A stretch of 63,079 bases of DNA, counting the filler, from Lenisia limosa (Eukaryota; Protista; Breviatea), in NCBI GenBank assembly GCA_001655205.1. It is 14 parts of 14 records of this genome, joined end to end, with 100 filler letters (N's around TTAATTAATTAA, not from the genome) between each part and the next. Parts side by side here need not be neighbours in the genome. Positions count along the whole stretch, not along the records: positions 22,165 to 25,967 come from LPNZ01001815.1; positions 26,068 to 29,290 come from LPNZ01009044.1; positions 29,391 to 39,413 come from LPNZ01007764.1; 11 more parts are not named here. The stretch is one strand, 5' to 3'. The notes below the pieces were generated by a model. The model saw nothing but the letters and a program-made list of their open reading frames with translations. It did no database searches and was not told the DNA's origin. Positions within the stretch are counted from its first letter, which is position 1; the number at the start of each line of letters is the position of its first letter. This document shows positions 25,352-36,300 of the stretch, piece by piece. A program made the position numbers and the translations under genes.

Positions 25352-25642
25352 CTACCTGCCCTTTACCACATGTTTGCGAAGCCGGTTTTTGTACATCTGG
25401 CCCTCGGTGTGGTATATCGGCGCGAGGTGAGCCACAAAGCACCAGTCGTTGGCAGCAGCCGTCTCGAACGGCCCTTTGCGATTACCTGCGTCGTTGTGCT
25501 CCTCTAACCGACGTTCAAAGCAGTTAGTCATACCAACGTACCACCAGTTAGGACTCTCTTTCTTAAACAGAGACCTCTCTTTCTCAAACAGAGACCTGGA
25601 GTAGATTACGTAAACGCCCACTACCTCCGAAGGGGTTGACAT
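25352..25642 (-). CDS. Small stand-alone GIY-YIG endonuclease (SLX1/UPF0213-like fold)
   Basis: MSTPSEVVGVYVIYSRS...WWYVGMTNCFERRLEEHNDAGNRKGPFETAAANDWCFV contains GVY, YVG.T and RRL.EHN motifs. About 96 aa; may continue by splicing at the GT donor below 25356. Confidence 0.78.
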   Translation of the reverse strand: MSTPSEVVGVYVIYSRSLFEKERSLFKKESPNWWYVGMTNCFERRLEEHNDAGNRKGPFETAAANDWCFVAHLAPIYHTEGQMYKNRLRKHVVKGR

Positions 25643-26137
25643 AATGTGAAAAAGAAATATAAATGCAAAACCGTGCACAATGTTCCCTAGTTTGTACACC
25701 CCATTGTTTTCCTAGATCTCCAAATATAAAGGCGGCAAATGCATACCTGTGAGGTTCTTCACGTATTAATGCCTTAATGTGTTTTATAAGTTTATTTTAT
25801 GGCTAATCTCGGGTAAAAGGAGTGTGATGCAGGCTTGAAGCATCAGGCAAAAGAACACCAGTCCCCTCTTCCTCCAATTTGGATTTTCATACGGTTAGTG
25901 GTAGGGTCTGGTGTCCTAGTTAAACTATTTGCCTTATTAAAGCTCTTGGTTTTACAAAAGGTATTCCNNNNNNNNNNNNNNNNNNNNNNNNNNNNNNNNN
26001 NNNNNNNNNNNTTAATTAATTAANNNNNNNNNNNNNNNNNNNNNNNNNNNNNNNNNNNNNNNNNNNNATGTATGACATTGATATTGTTATAATATATACA
26101 TGTATGACATTGATATTGTTATAATATTATATTGTAC

Positions 26138-29100
26138 CTGGGGATGGCCGAGCCCTGGTTAGTCCAAACGATGTTGGTGCAGAAGGTTGGGAACCAGGCG
26201 AATGAGGGGCAAACAGAGGACGTGATAGACCCAGTCGAAGTGGATTTTGAGGTGAGGTAGGAGCCGTATCTACATTGAGATTAACAATACTAAATGGTAG
26301 AGGTTAATGATAGGTTCTACAATGGAAAGATGTAGTAGCAGCCGTATCTGCATGAATATTGACAATATAAATAAAAGGACTGTAATTAATTGAACAATTA
26401 ATTAAAAAATATAGATATAACAAAAAAAATCAAGCCAAATCCTTAGATGATATCACAGGTCCCTCATACGATGAGCCAGGCATGCAGGTACCAGTAGATG
26501 TGCACCATCCGCATCCAGACACCGCGTTACTACAGAGTTATATAAAGTTACAAAGTAAAGAGTAATACAGAGTTATACAGATACAAGGGATTCAAAAAAA
26601 AGGTTGGAGGCGCAAAATTGCAAAATATATGAGGTGGGGGGGGGGGTGGTACAGAGTTACACTAAGGTTTACAATGGTACATGTATTATTATAGATAGGT
26701 ATGATATACTATNNNNNNNNNNNNNNNNNNNNNNNNNNNNNNNNNNNNNNACTTCGGTTCGAAAAAGCCCGGTAAAACATCGATAGTTTTCGAGAATTTC
26801 TCAAGAAATACAGTCTTTTTGAACCAAAGTGAAGCCCTAACACAACCCCCCATAACCCACCAAGACGAACAAGACGTTCTGCTACTGCACATCGATGAAG
26901 ATGACATACAGGTATAGCTACCGGGAGTGTTGATACATGATGCAGATCTGGGCAAAGTGAGAACATGAATACATGATGCAGATGAGCATGAATAGTATAT
27001 GATATACTATACTGGAATCATGTATACTCGATTATAAAATATGATACACTACACTAAACATAATATATCATATAATATTAGGGATTGGGAGCAAAGTAAA
27101 CAGCTACACAGAAAGCCAATAAAACATATCCCGTGTCATGTACAAACTACCCGCAAATGCACCCCCCCCCCCCNNNNNNNNNNNNNNNNNNNNNNNNNNN
27201 NNNNNNNNNNNNNNNNNNNNNNNNNNNNNNNNNNNNNNNNNNNNNNNNNNNNNNNNNNNNNNNNNNNNNNNNNNNNNNNNNNNNNNNNNNNGAATTTTTA
27301 AGAAAGTGGAACAATGTTACGTTAATATAACTATTGTTTTTGATGAAGATGTTGATGATTTTTTTCAAACATAAGAAATAAAATACATCAATATTACATA
27401 GGAGGAATCATCCTGAAAGTAGAACAATGTCGTAATATTTATATAATAATATGATTAGGGCTTTACTAGTACCAAAATGACAGTTTATATTGATATATAT
27501 CACAGAGCGACAGATTCAGTCAATTTTGGAACCGTTACAAAAAACAAAAACACTGACTGAAATGTTGATCAAATATTGTTAAAATAAACGACTCAGTCAG
27601 AAACCCCATCCCCCCGGCCCGGCCAACTATATCGCAGTTTTCGCCTTCAAATCCGCTGTAGCAGTCACAGGTGTTGGGGGTGGTGCAGGACCCATATTTA
27701 CCTGAAAAATAATAGGGATGAAGGAGGCAAATTAAAGTTCTGTCAAATTTGAATAAATTACTCAAGAATAGCCTCAGCCAATCCTAACACTTGTTTAGCT
27801 TTTTTAGGGCATCTCAATGTATAGGTCTTTATCACCCACCCACCCCAAATCCCCTCTTAACAGTTGGAAAATTCCCCCCACAAACAGTTTGGTTTACACA
27901 TGACCTTACAGCCGACTGTGCCCGGCGACTTATTGAGGGCCGTGCCAAAGAAACCGGCCTTGCATTGCTGCGGAAATGTCAATATGATTAAACCGAGGAA
28001 AATGGGGCACCCTTCTCACGTTACAATCAATAAATTATTCCCCTTAGACTTACCCCCATTTCCCCGCTATTTTTATTGTTTTTTTTTATATAGCTATATA
28101 ATTTTTCATCTACCCTCCCTTTCCGCCATTCCCCCCAATAGCGTACGTCGCAGCGGTCGCCGTAGGTATCGTCCTAAAGGCGTCAATCGGACAGGANNNN
28201 NNNNNNNNNNNNNNNNNNNNNNNNNNNNNNNNNNNNNNNNNNNNNNNNNNNNNNNNNNNNNNNNNNGAATGTGTTAATAACTCAGATAGCGCCCCCCCCC
28301 GCCCCACTCAAAGCATATCATAAGCATATACCCTTTTTTTTCTAGAATCGATCACTGACATCATTAGCATTGTATTTTCTAACATCATACATAAGCCTAA
28401 CTCCATTGTCCTATGTTGTTAACCAACAGAGTTGATCATAAACGTTCCAATTTTGCCCCAGCCCTAGTGCCTCACTTCGGTTCAAAAAAAAAAGACTGGA
28501 TATCTCGATAAATTCTCAATAAATTCTCGATAAATTCTCGATAATTCTCAATAAATATCGATATTTAGCAGTCATTTTCGAAACGAAGTGAAATCCTACC
28601 CAACCCACATCACAAGCCAAGCATTTGCCGGTTTCAGGATGGCACTTGCTGGAGTGGCCGTTGCAACGTCCCATGCAGGGCAAACAGTTGTTGCCGCCAG
28701 CACCATAGAATCCTGGGGAGTGAGTGGGAGATGAGTGAAAATGGAAGGCTTATGTAGACTCCTGGAGGTGATTGGATTGATTCAGCTGAAAATTAACAGC
28801 ACTTGAATGCAAACGATTTATCTTAAAGTAGGGCTGACTATGCAACCTTTTTTATTTTTCATTTCAATATGATATATTTCAGGAGTTTATTGACTTGGTG
28901 GGAAGAGGGGGATGAGAAGGACTGAATTTCTAGTAAAACCTTCAAAAACTATCGATATTTTACCGGTCTTTTTCACTCAAAAGAGAAGCCCTAATGAATA
29001 CTAACAATCGGGCTTCTGAATGGTCCATATTATCACGCTCAATAAGAAACATTTGATTTGAATAAAATTGGTATTCAGCCACACTCACCAGACTTGCAAC

Positions 29101-29171
29101 GTTCGCACTGAAGTCCAGCGGTATTTCCAGTGCACCCAACACACTGCGCGCGTCCGTTGATGGTCTCACAT
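26138..29171 (-). CDS. Laminin-EGF / EGF / cbEGF / PSI domain surface protein (attractin/MEGF8-like architecture), partial
   Basis: Exons CETINGRAQCVGCTGNTAGLQCERCKS|GFYGAGGNNCLPCMGRCNGHSSKCHPETGKCLAC|DDTYGDRCD|QCKAGFFGT...CKPNC|KYGSCTTPNTCDCYSGFEGENC|SCINTPGSYTC|NAVSGCGWCTSTGTCMPGSSYEGP|...CPSFAWFPTFC. Confidence 0.87.
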
Positions 29172-29526
29172 CTAATAGGTAAAATATTGGTAAAAATAAG
29201 ATAAATAAGAGCATGGAAAATAAAGATGAAAAACCAAAATGGAAAATAAAAGATGGTAAGGAAAGCACAATCTCCACCACCTTCCCTTCCNNNNNNNNNN
29301 NNNNNNNNNNNNNNNNNNNNNNNNNNNNNNNNNNTTAATTAATTAANNNNNNNNNNNNNNNNNNNNNNNNNNNNNNNNNNNNNNNNNNNNGAGTTTTAAA
29401 AGAGGGTCGTTCATTCCTCCTTCTCGCAACTTCTTAAATAATAGGAGTTAAAGCCTTTCAAAGATTGCTTGGCCAATCACCTCCAGTGAAAAAAGTGAAA
29501 CAGTGAAAATGCAAACACAGAACACA

Positions 29527-32500
29527 CTACTCGTCGTCGCTATCCTTCATGGCCTTCTCGGCCTCCTCTAGGCTGCGCTGACGCTCTTCTTTCGTCTCAA
29601 ACCGGGCCTTGTCAACCTTGTCGGGGTATCTCATGGACTGGCGGAATAAGGGACAAACGAGTCTCAATGGGAATATTCATGCACCAGTATAGCATCAACG
29701 GCAGATGCATTGCCAACACACCTTGGTCGCCTCCTTTTGGATAGCCACACAGAAGTCGATTCTCGGCTGCAGCTGATCCGGTACGGCCATCATATGACCT
29801 GAACCGTGACGTCTGCATCCAATCTCAATCCAATTCAAATAAATATTGAAACTCTAACTCAAATCCAACCAAAATCTCTCAATCAATAATCCAAGATACA
29901 ATCGAAATATCCCCCTACTTTTGTCGATGTTTGTCACCAAGATGCTCTCCTTCTTGTCAATATAGCCCTCAAAGACCCGCTCCTGGATAGCCTAGGGCGG
30001 TAAGGTTGGGTGAGGAGGGGGGGGGGCTCAAGCAGCAGGCAAACCTTCAAAATGGCGTTTTCTGCTTCATCGGTGGACTGAAGACCCAGCATCTTCTTCA
30101 CATCTGAAAGGGAACCATAAAAACAACAGTGCTAAAGATTGGAGACATTGAATCAACAAAAAGAAGGCAAGGCCCTTTCGTTGTACTCTAAACCCACCTT
30201 CGATCTCGATTTTGGAGTAGACCTGCGAAATCTTCCTGAGCCCTGATTTTACCACTGCAAACTGCAGTCTAGAGCGTGAGGGGAGGGGTGGGGGTGAAAA
30301 AGAACCCCAAAATTGACATGAAAAAAAGTACCCTCCATCCTCCATTCTTGTGACTCAAGGAAGATTTATTGTATCACCCACTTTTGGATGTGGTCGTAGA
30401 GAGAGTCCCTCCTGTACACGGCGGCATGGGCCTCAACTTGTTTATTGAACGCCAGAAGGTCTCCGTGCCGCACAGACTGGGGGGGGGGGTCAGAATATAC
30501 AAGATGTGCCTGGCTCTAATAATGACAATAGCCCCATCCCCACAATGACAAGATCGGAATAGGCCTGAAGGTCGTCGCGGTACTCAGGGTTAAGGAAAGG
30601 GCCCCGTGTGGGCAGGCTACCTCGGAGAAGTGTCACAACCGCATCCCACTAGCGATGTTAGATCTAGTAGATCCTTTGGGTGAGGAGGGAGGGTGGCATA
30701 TGTTTATATCAATACTAAAAACATATTATTACATGATAACCGGGGCTATCAGGGTACAGACCTTCAGAAGGGCGACCTTGAAGCCATGGCCTCCGACTAC
30801 AGGGGACTTGCGTGTGGCCTGGTCGAAGTAGCCTTGCGCCTTGACGTAGCTTTCTTGTGTCACCGCGAGAATACCTGCATTATGAGCGTCAAGCATAGTG
30901 AAGGCAATCAAGGAATGAAATAGTTGGAGAATGTAAAATATGTGGCATATTGTTTACTCTCAGCATAATCAAGGCAAACCGGAGTAGAAGAGGTAACGGG
31001 CAAGTTGGTGGGATGAGGCTGTTTCAGGGAAAACGGCTTTGGAAACATGCTTAATTGCCTAAAGAAGGCAATAAAAGGCGTAAAGAAAGAAAGATATGAT
31101 AGTCATAGATCTAAAACAATACAGGGGAGCACGTATCAGATACGGGGATATAACTACTCATCAGGCGGGGATCAAACATAGCGCCTTACCAAAGTGTGAT
31201 TGTCGGTTACGATATAGAGGCGGACAAGGGAGTTATAGAGCACAGCCTGGATTGGGATGAGACATATGGGATTCAAATATATGTAGGCTGGAGAGAGACC
31301 CAAGATCACTCATTCCTTTGAAAAACAATAAAGGAAATCAACGTGCGCAATAAATTAAAAGAAGTTCTACTCTGAATGTCCTACCATGTCTTGCACCCCC
31401 CAGGTACCTGAGTTTCAATATCATGTCTTGCACCCCCCAGGTACCTGAGTTTCAATATCATGTCTTGCACCCCCAGGTACCTGAGTTTCAATATCATGTC
31501 TTGCACCCCCCAGGTACCTGAGTTTCAATATCATGGCGAAGCGTGGCAGTGCGGAAGGAGGTGAGGAGGTCGCTGGAATATCAAAAACTGGGAGTACGGG
31601 CTGCCCTTAAGGTCTACGCCCCATAGACTCCTCACAGAATAGGATGACACCCTCATACTTGCGAATGGTGGGGAGAATCTCGAGTTTCTCGGCAACAACA
31701 ACAGAGAAATAGTACGCCCGTGCAAGGAGAAGGTCTAATAATGTCAGAAATGGATTTTTTTTTTTTTTGACTGCAGATTCCCTATTAGGTAATTTTGTTT
31801 TGCTTTGTTGTAGCAGCGCTCTCATATTTGGCAGGTCTTGTTGTACAAATTTCTATATTAGGCAGGTTTCAACTGGTTACACACCTCCGCCCCAGCTCAG
31901 ACTTATCACCACCACCCACCAAGGGACCTCAAGTTGGCCTTGGATACGCGACTTGCAATTGCGGTCAATGTGGCAAAGGCCTGGGGTGTACAAGGTGAAG
32001 GCGAGATTAAGATATAAAGTCTTACAACAACTATTGGAGTAGTGCCTAGAAATCTAAAGAAAGACCCACCATCGTGGTTACTATTCCAAAACAGAACAAT
32101 TGCTCCCCACAAACATCGTTGTATTTGTTCAGGTCAATAAGGTGCATCGCTGTTAAAAGGAGAATCACCTCAAAGAACACCTCACTTGTAATAGGAATCT
32201 AGGAGGGGGGTAAAAGAAAGAAAAGTGGTTGTGGATAATTTCACATTGAAAAAATTACAAACCAAAATATTGGATATATCTATATAAACATATCTTAGCT
32301 ACATAAGCCTGCGAATACAGTATTTAGCAAAATCAAATCGGGGGAGGGGGGTATCCACCAACTTGGAGGGGTTCAGTCTCCACAGCTTCCCCAGTAACAG
32401 CCTGAAACCATTAGCAACAAAAGCTATTGAGAGGTATTCAGGGACATTCCCTGCTTTTGGGTGAATCATTTTATGAAAGTATCACAAAAAGAGAAACCAT

Positions 32501-32960
32501 GTACCTCAGGCAATAGAGTCAAAAACCACCCAAACCGACCTTAAGAATGTCCATCATCGTGGCAATGCCCTGGTGATTGGCCCCTGTACTGGCGAAGATC
32601 GAAGCAACAAGGGTCTGAAGTAACTTAGCTGCTGAGCCGGCTTCACGCTCGTTTGTTCCTCTGAAGGCTGCTCTGTAGCTAACTAAGGTCCTAATGAGTC
32701 GATTGAGCGATCGGCGCTCATCTCTGCGAATCTCCTCTTCTGATTTTGAAATGCTCAAATGGAGATCTAGGAGGAATCAAAATAAAACTAGCTAATACTG
32801 CCACAAATCGAAAAAAGGCTTTCATGTTACCTATAAGAAGAGCGCTGTGGATGTCTGCAACTGACTTCTCTTCCTCTTCAACCTTTTCTGAGACCTTTTC
32901 GACCTTGGATTTCTCTTCTACATGAGCAAGGCCCCCCAATCTCCTCTTAACTTTGCCCAT
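29527..32960 (-). CDS. PSMD3: 26S proteasome regulatory subunit RPN3 (PCI domain), complete, about 15 exons
   Basis: ATG at 32960, TAG at 29527-29529. Diagnostic segments: NLRSLDLLLARAYY, RTATLRHDIETQ, VSKAVFPETASSHQLARYLFYSG, RKSP...GFK, VRHGDLLAFN, VVKSGLRKISQVYSKI, RIDFCVAIQKEATKSMRYP and an acidic C-terminus. Confidence 0.93.
31385..31535 (-). repeat. 37-bp tandem repeat x4 spanning a PSMD3 exon/intron donor junction
   Basis: Unit catgtcttgcaccccccaggtacctgagtttcaatat (one copy has 5 C). On the minus strand it reads atattgaaactcag|gtacctgggggg, i.e. exon end DIETQ plus donor. Confidence 0.95.
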
Positions 32961-33338
32961 TGTGACTTCACTTAAAAAATAATTTAGGTGAAGAAATAGA
33001 GTTCTCTATTTTCAAAGATGCGTCTCTCAAGTATCAATGTCAATTCCTATACCAACAAATTCTACACTTTTCTGCTTTTGATTTTTGATTTTGATTTTTT
33101 GATTGTTTTTAGTGAAAAGAAAACTGGTCCAACTGTAAATGTAGAATTTTGGAGATTTTGGATTTTTGAGAAAATAAATCCAGAAATACATAGAAATTGT
33201 TTCTAAGGTTTAAATAAAGGTAGAACGGTCAGGTTTACGGTTACAACAGTATGGGAAGTTTTCTCTAGGTTGCCTCCGGAACGAATTTAGACTCAATTTT
33301 ATTTGTTATAAGGCTATTAACGAACAAAACCATTGACA

Positions 33339-36300
33339 ATGGGCGATAAAGCTGCCGAGGGGCGCCAACGGGTTTGCTCTAAACCGATATTCTTGATTAA
33401 CACCTCTAGTGGGCTGAGATTAAGCGCAGAAAAGAGGCGAAGAAGAAGGGAATAGTCTCGCCATTCACTTCAGAAGGCCTCAGTAGTCTTCCCTCCATTC
33501 TCGTCAAGGTATTTGGCACCTTCTGCCTGGAAATATTAACCAAATTACAGGATACTGCTGGTAAGACCCTGCTTTCAGAGGAACAGATAACGCGCCTTTC
33601 CCAATTGATCAAGGACAAAGTATGAGGGTATAGTGGTTCAGCTCGTTAAAGCTGTTCAAAACAGGAAGATTATATTGTATTTATGTGTTTTTCTGATATA
33701 TTAAAGAGTTTAGAAGGGAATTAACCTCTTTACATTCACCTCTTGTTTGGCAGTTTGGTTTCCCTTTTGAGCCGTGTTTCACAGTGGCTTTTCAGATATC
33801 GAGAATATGTACTGCGTTTTCTCTACTTTAGTTTCACTTTTTTGGTACAAATGACAATCAACCACAATTTGCTTGTCTTTGCTCCCCGCTCTTTCTATTT
33901 GATTATCAGAGTAGTATCATTTAACATTCCCCAGTTTTCCGGGGTTCCAGATACATCTTCGTCAGAATGGCAGGCTCTTGTTTTGGCCATTTCAGGTGAG
34001 GTGACGAAGTGGCTCTCTATGGTACTCATTTGTTTTTAACGTGGCTTAAGGATTTGATTTTTGGTACGCCTCCAGTTTGTTTCCCAATAATCTACATTTG
34101 TTCCCTTGATAACGCTTCCCAATAATTTACATAATAACGTTTTGATCAACAATCCAACCCTTGTCATTCTCAGAGGGGTTATTGTGTGGTGCCCATTAGA
34201 GTTAAGGTTATTCCGGTTATTTTTTGCGCCTTCACAATCCTTTAGATGTCATTACAGAGTGCAAGGTGCCCGTCTGTGATCTCTATTCTTCCGCCGTGTC
34301 AGCTGAACACAAATTACTTCAACTTGAAAATGAGGTATGCCTGCAAATTATATGTTCCCCTCGGTTTTAATTTCTGAAAAGTCTCATAATTGGAGTAAAT
34401 TATTTACCAAATAGCACACAGTGTTTAACCTTAGCCGTCTATGTATTACGTTTGTCCAATATTCGAAGGACGTTTCGATAATGAGTGTAGAAGCGTTCGA
34501 TTGAAGCCGAGCGGAAGGAGTTGAAAACTGTAAATGTTGGTCTTGGTATGGGAGAAAGCTTTGACGCTTTTGGGTCTCCATTATCCTATCTTCACAATTG
34601 TTGAAAGTGTTTTTACATGTTGTCACGACCGTCAACACACGGACTGTAATAACTTTGTTGTACATACGGACTCTAATAACTTTGTTGTTCTGGTTGTATA
34701 AAAACTTATGACCCACCCCCCACCCCAGGAAAAGATCCAATATTACGAGGACCTGTTGAAAGAGGGCCCTATTTTGACCGAAAAAGTGAACCTCCTTGAA
34801 CGGGAACTCTCTTTCAAGGTATTGGGAATGGGCAAACTTACATACTGCAAACTCTTGGCAGTTTTGTGATGATGGTTTTGTTAAAACGAGAAATGTTCTT
34901 TGAACTTAAGACCTGCCTTGTGGCTTGGTCATTTCCCAAGGGGCTGTGAAAACTATTATTGTTGAAAGTATTGCGCTTTGACACAGCAGGTTGAGGCGCA
35001 CGATGAGGCTCAGATCAAAATCGAGGAACTCACACAGAGCAACAGANNNNNNNNNNNNNNNNNNNNNNNNNNNNNNNNNNNNNNNNNNNNNNNNNNNNNN
35101 NNNNNNNNNNNNNNNNNNNNNNNNNNNNNNNNNNNNNNNNNNNNNNNNNNNNNNNNNNNNNNNNNNNNNNNNNNNNNNNNNNNNAAGCCTTGTATCTTAA
35201 ATGAATTACACATAGGATCAAATTAATTACATTTCAACAACTGTGAAACACTGGTTGTTAACTTCGACAGCAAAACACCTCAGACTCAACCGCGCTGGAA
35301 GAGGTTTGCTGGGTATCTTGCTGGATAGGATGGAACGTCACGCTTTTTGGTTCTTTGTATTGTTATATATTCTTATACTACTACTCATATGATATGATTC
35401 TTGTAATAATATAATATATCATATGATATATAATATCGATATAGTACATTATACATATAAGGCCGTCACCTGACCGTGAACACTAACCTGGCCGTAAACA
35501 TCGGCCCTTTTTTTTTCGTTTATTTCATCATAATTGCGATATATATCCCAAAAATTGCCCAGTTTTATTAAAAAATGGCTGTTAAATAAGAGAAATAAAC
35601 ACACAAAAAATATCACTGAACTAAACTAAACTGAACTGAACTGAACTGAACTTATTTCATTTATGTCGACTCGATCTAGATTTCTCTTTTGAAAAAACGT
35701 TGGGAGTGGTGGAATTGGCTTACGCAAATGTTTCCCCTTCAACCCCCGGTTCAAACAAAAACTCGGTTCTCTGTTGTTTTGTTATCCATAAAGGCGATGT
35801 CAAGATAATTTGAAATAGTTTTTAGAATACTGGAAAGGTCATTCTTCAAACCAGATACTGTTTTAAGCGGAACAATTTTTTTGATAGGTTTAACTCTTGT
35901 CTTGGTGACACCTCGAAGAAAATCTTTGTATTAAGTTGAACACAAACCCCAGAACACTGGAGTTTCTGGGTCTAGAAGGTTCAGATGAGTCTGTTTNNNN
36001 NNNNNNNNNNNNNNNNNNNNNNNNNNNNNNNNNNNNNNNNNNNNNNNNNNNNNNNNNNNNNNNNNNNNNNNNNNNNNNNNNNNNNNNNNNNNNNNNNNNN
36101 NNNNNNNNNNNNNNNNNNNNNNNNNNNNNNNNNNNNNNNNNNNNNNNNNNNNNNNNNNNNNNNNNNNNNNNNNNNNNNNNNNNNNNNNNNNNNNNNNNNN
36201 NNNNNNNNNNNNNNNNNNNNNNNNNNNNNNNNNNNNNNNNNNNNNNNNNNNNNNNNNNNCGATTCAAGTCTTTTCCAATCAAATAACCCCTCGTTTTTTG

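Noticed and set aside
31385-31535. CRISPR-like array (37-bp repeats)
   Set aside because: Units are directly adjacent with no unique spacers and there are no cas genes. The same applies to the 43-bp and 58-bp arrays.
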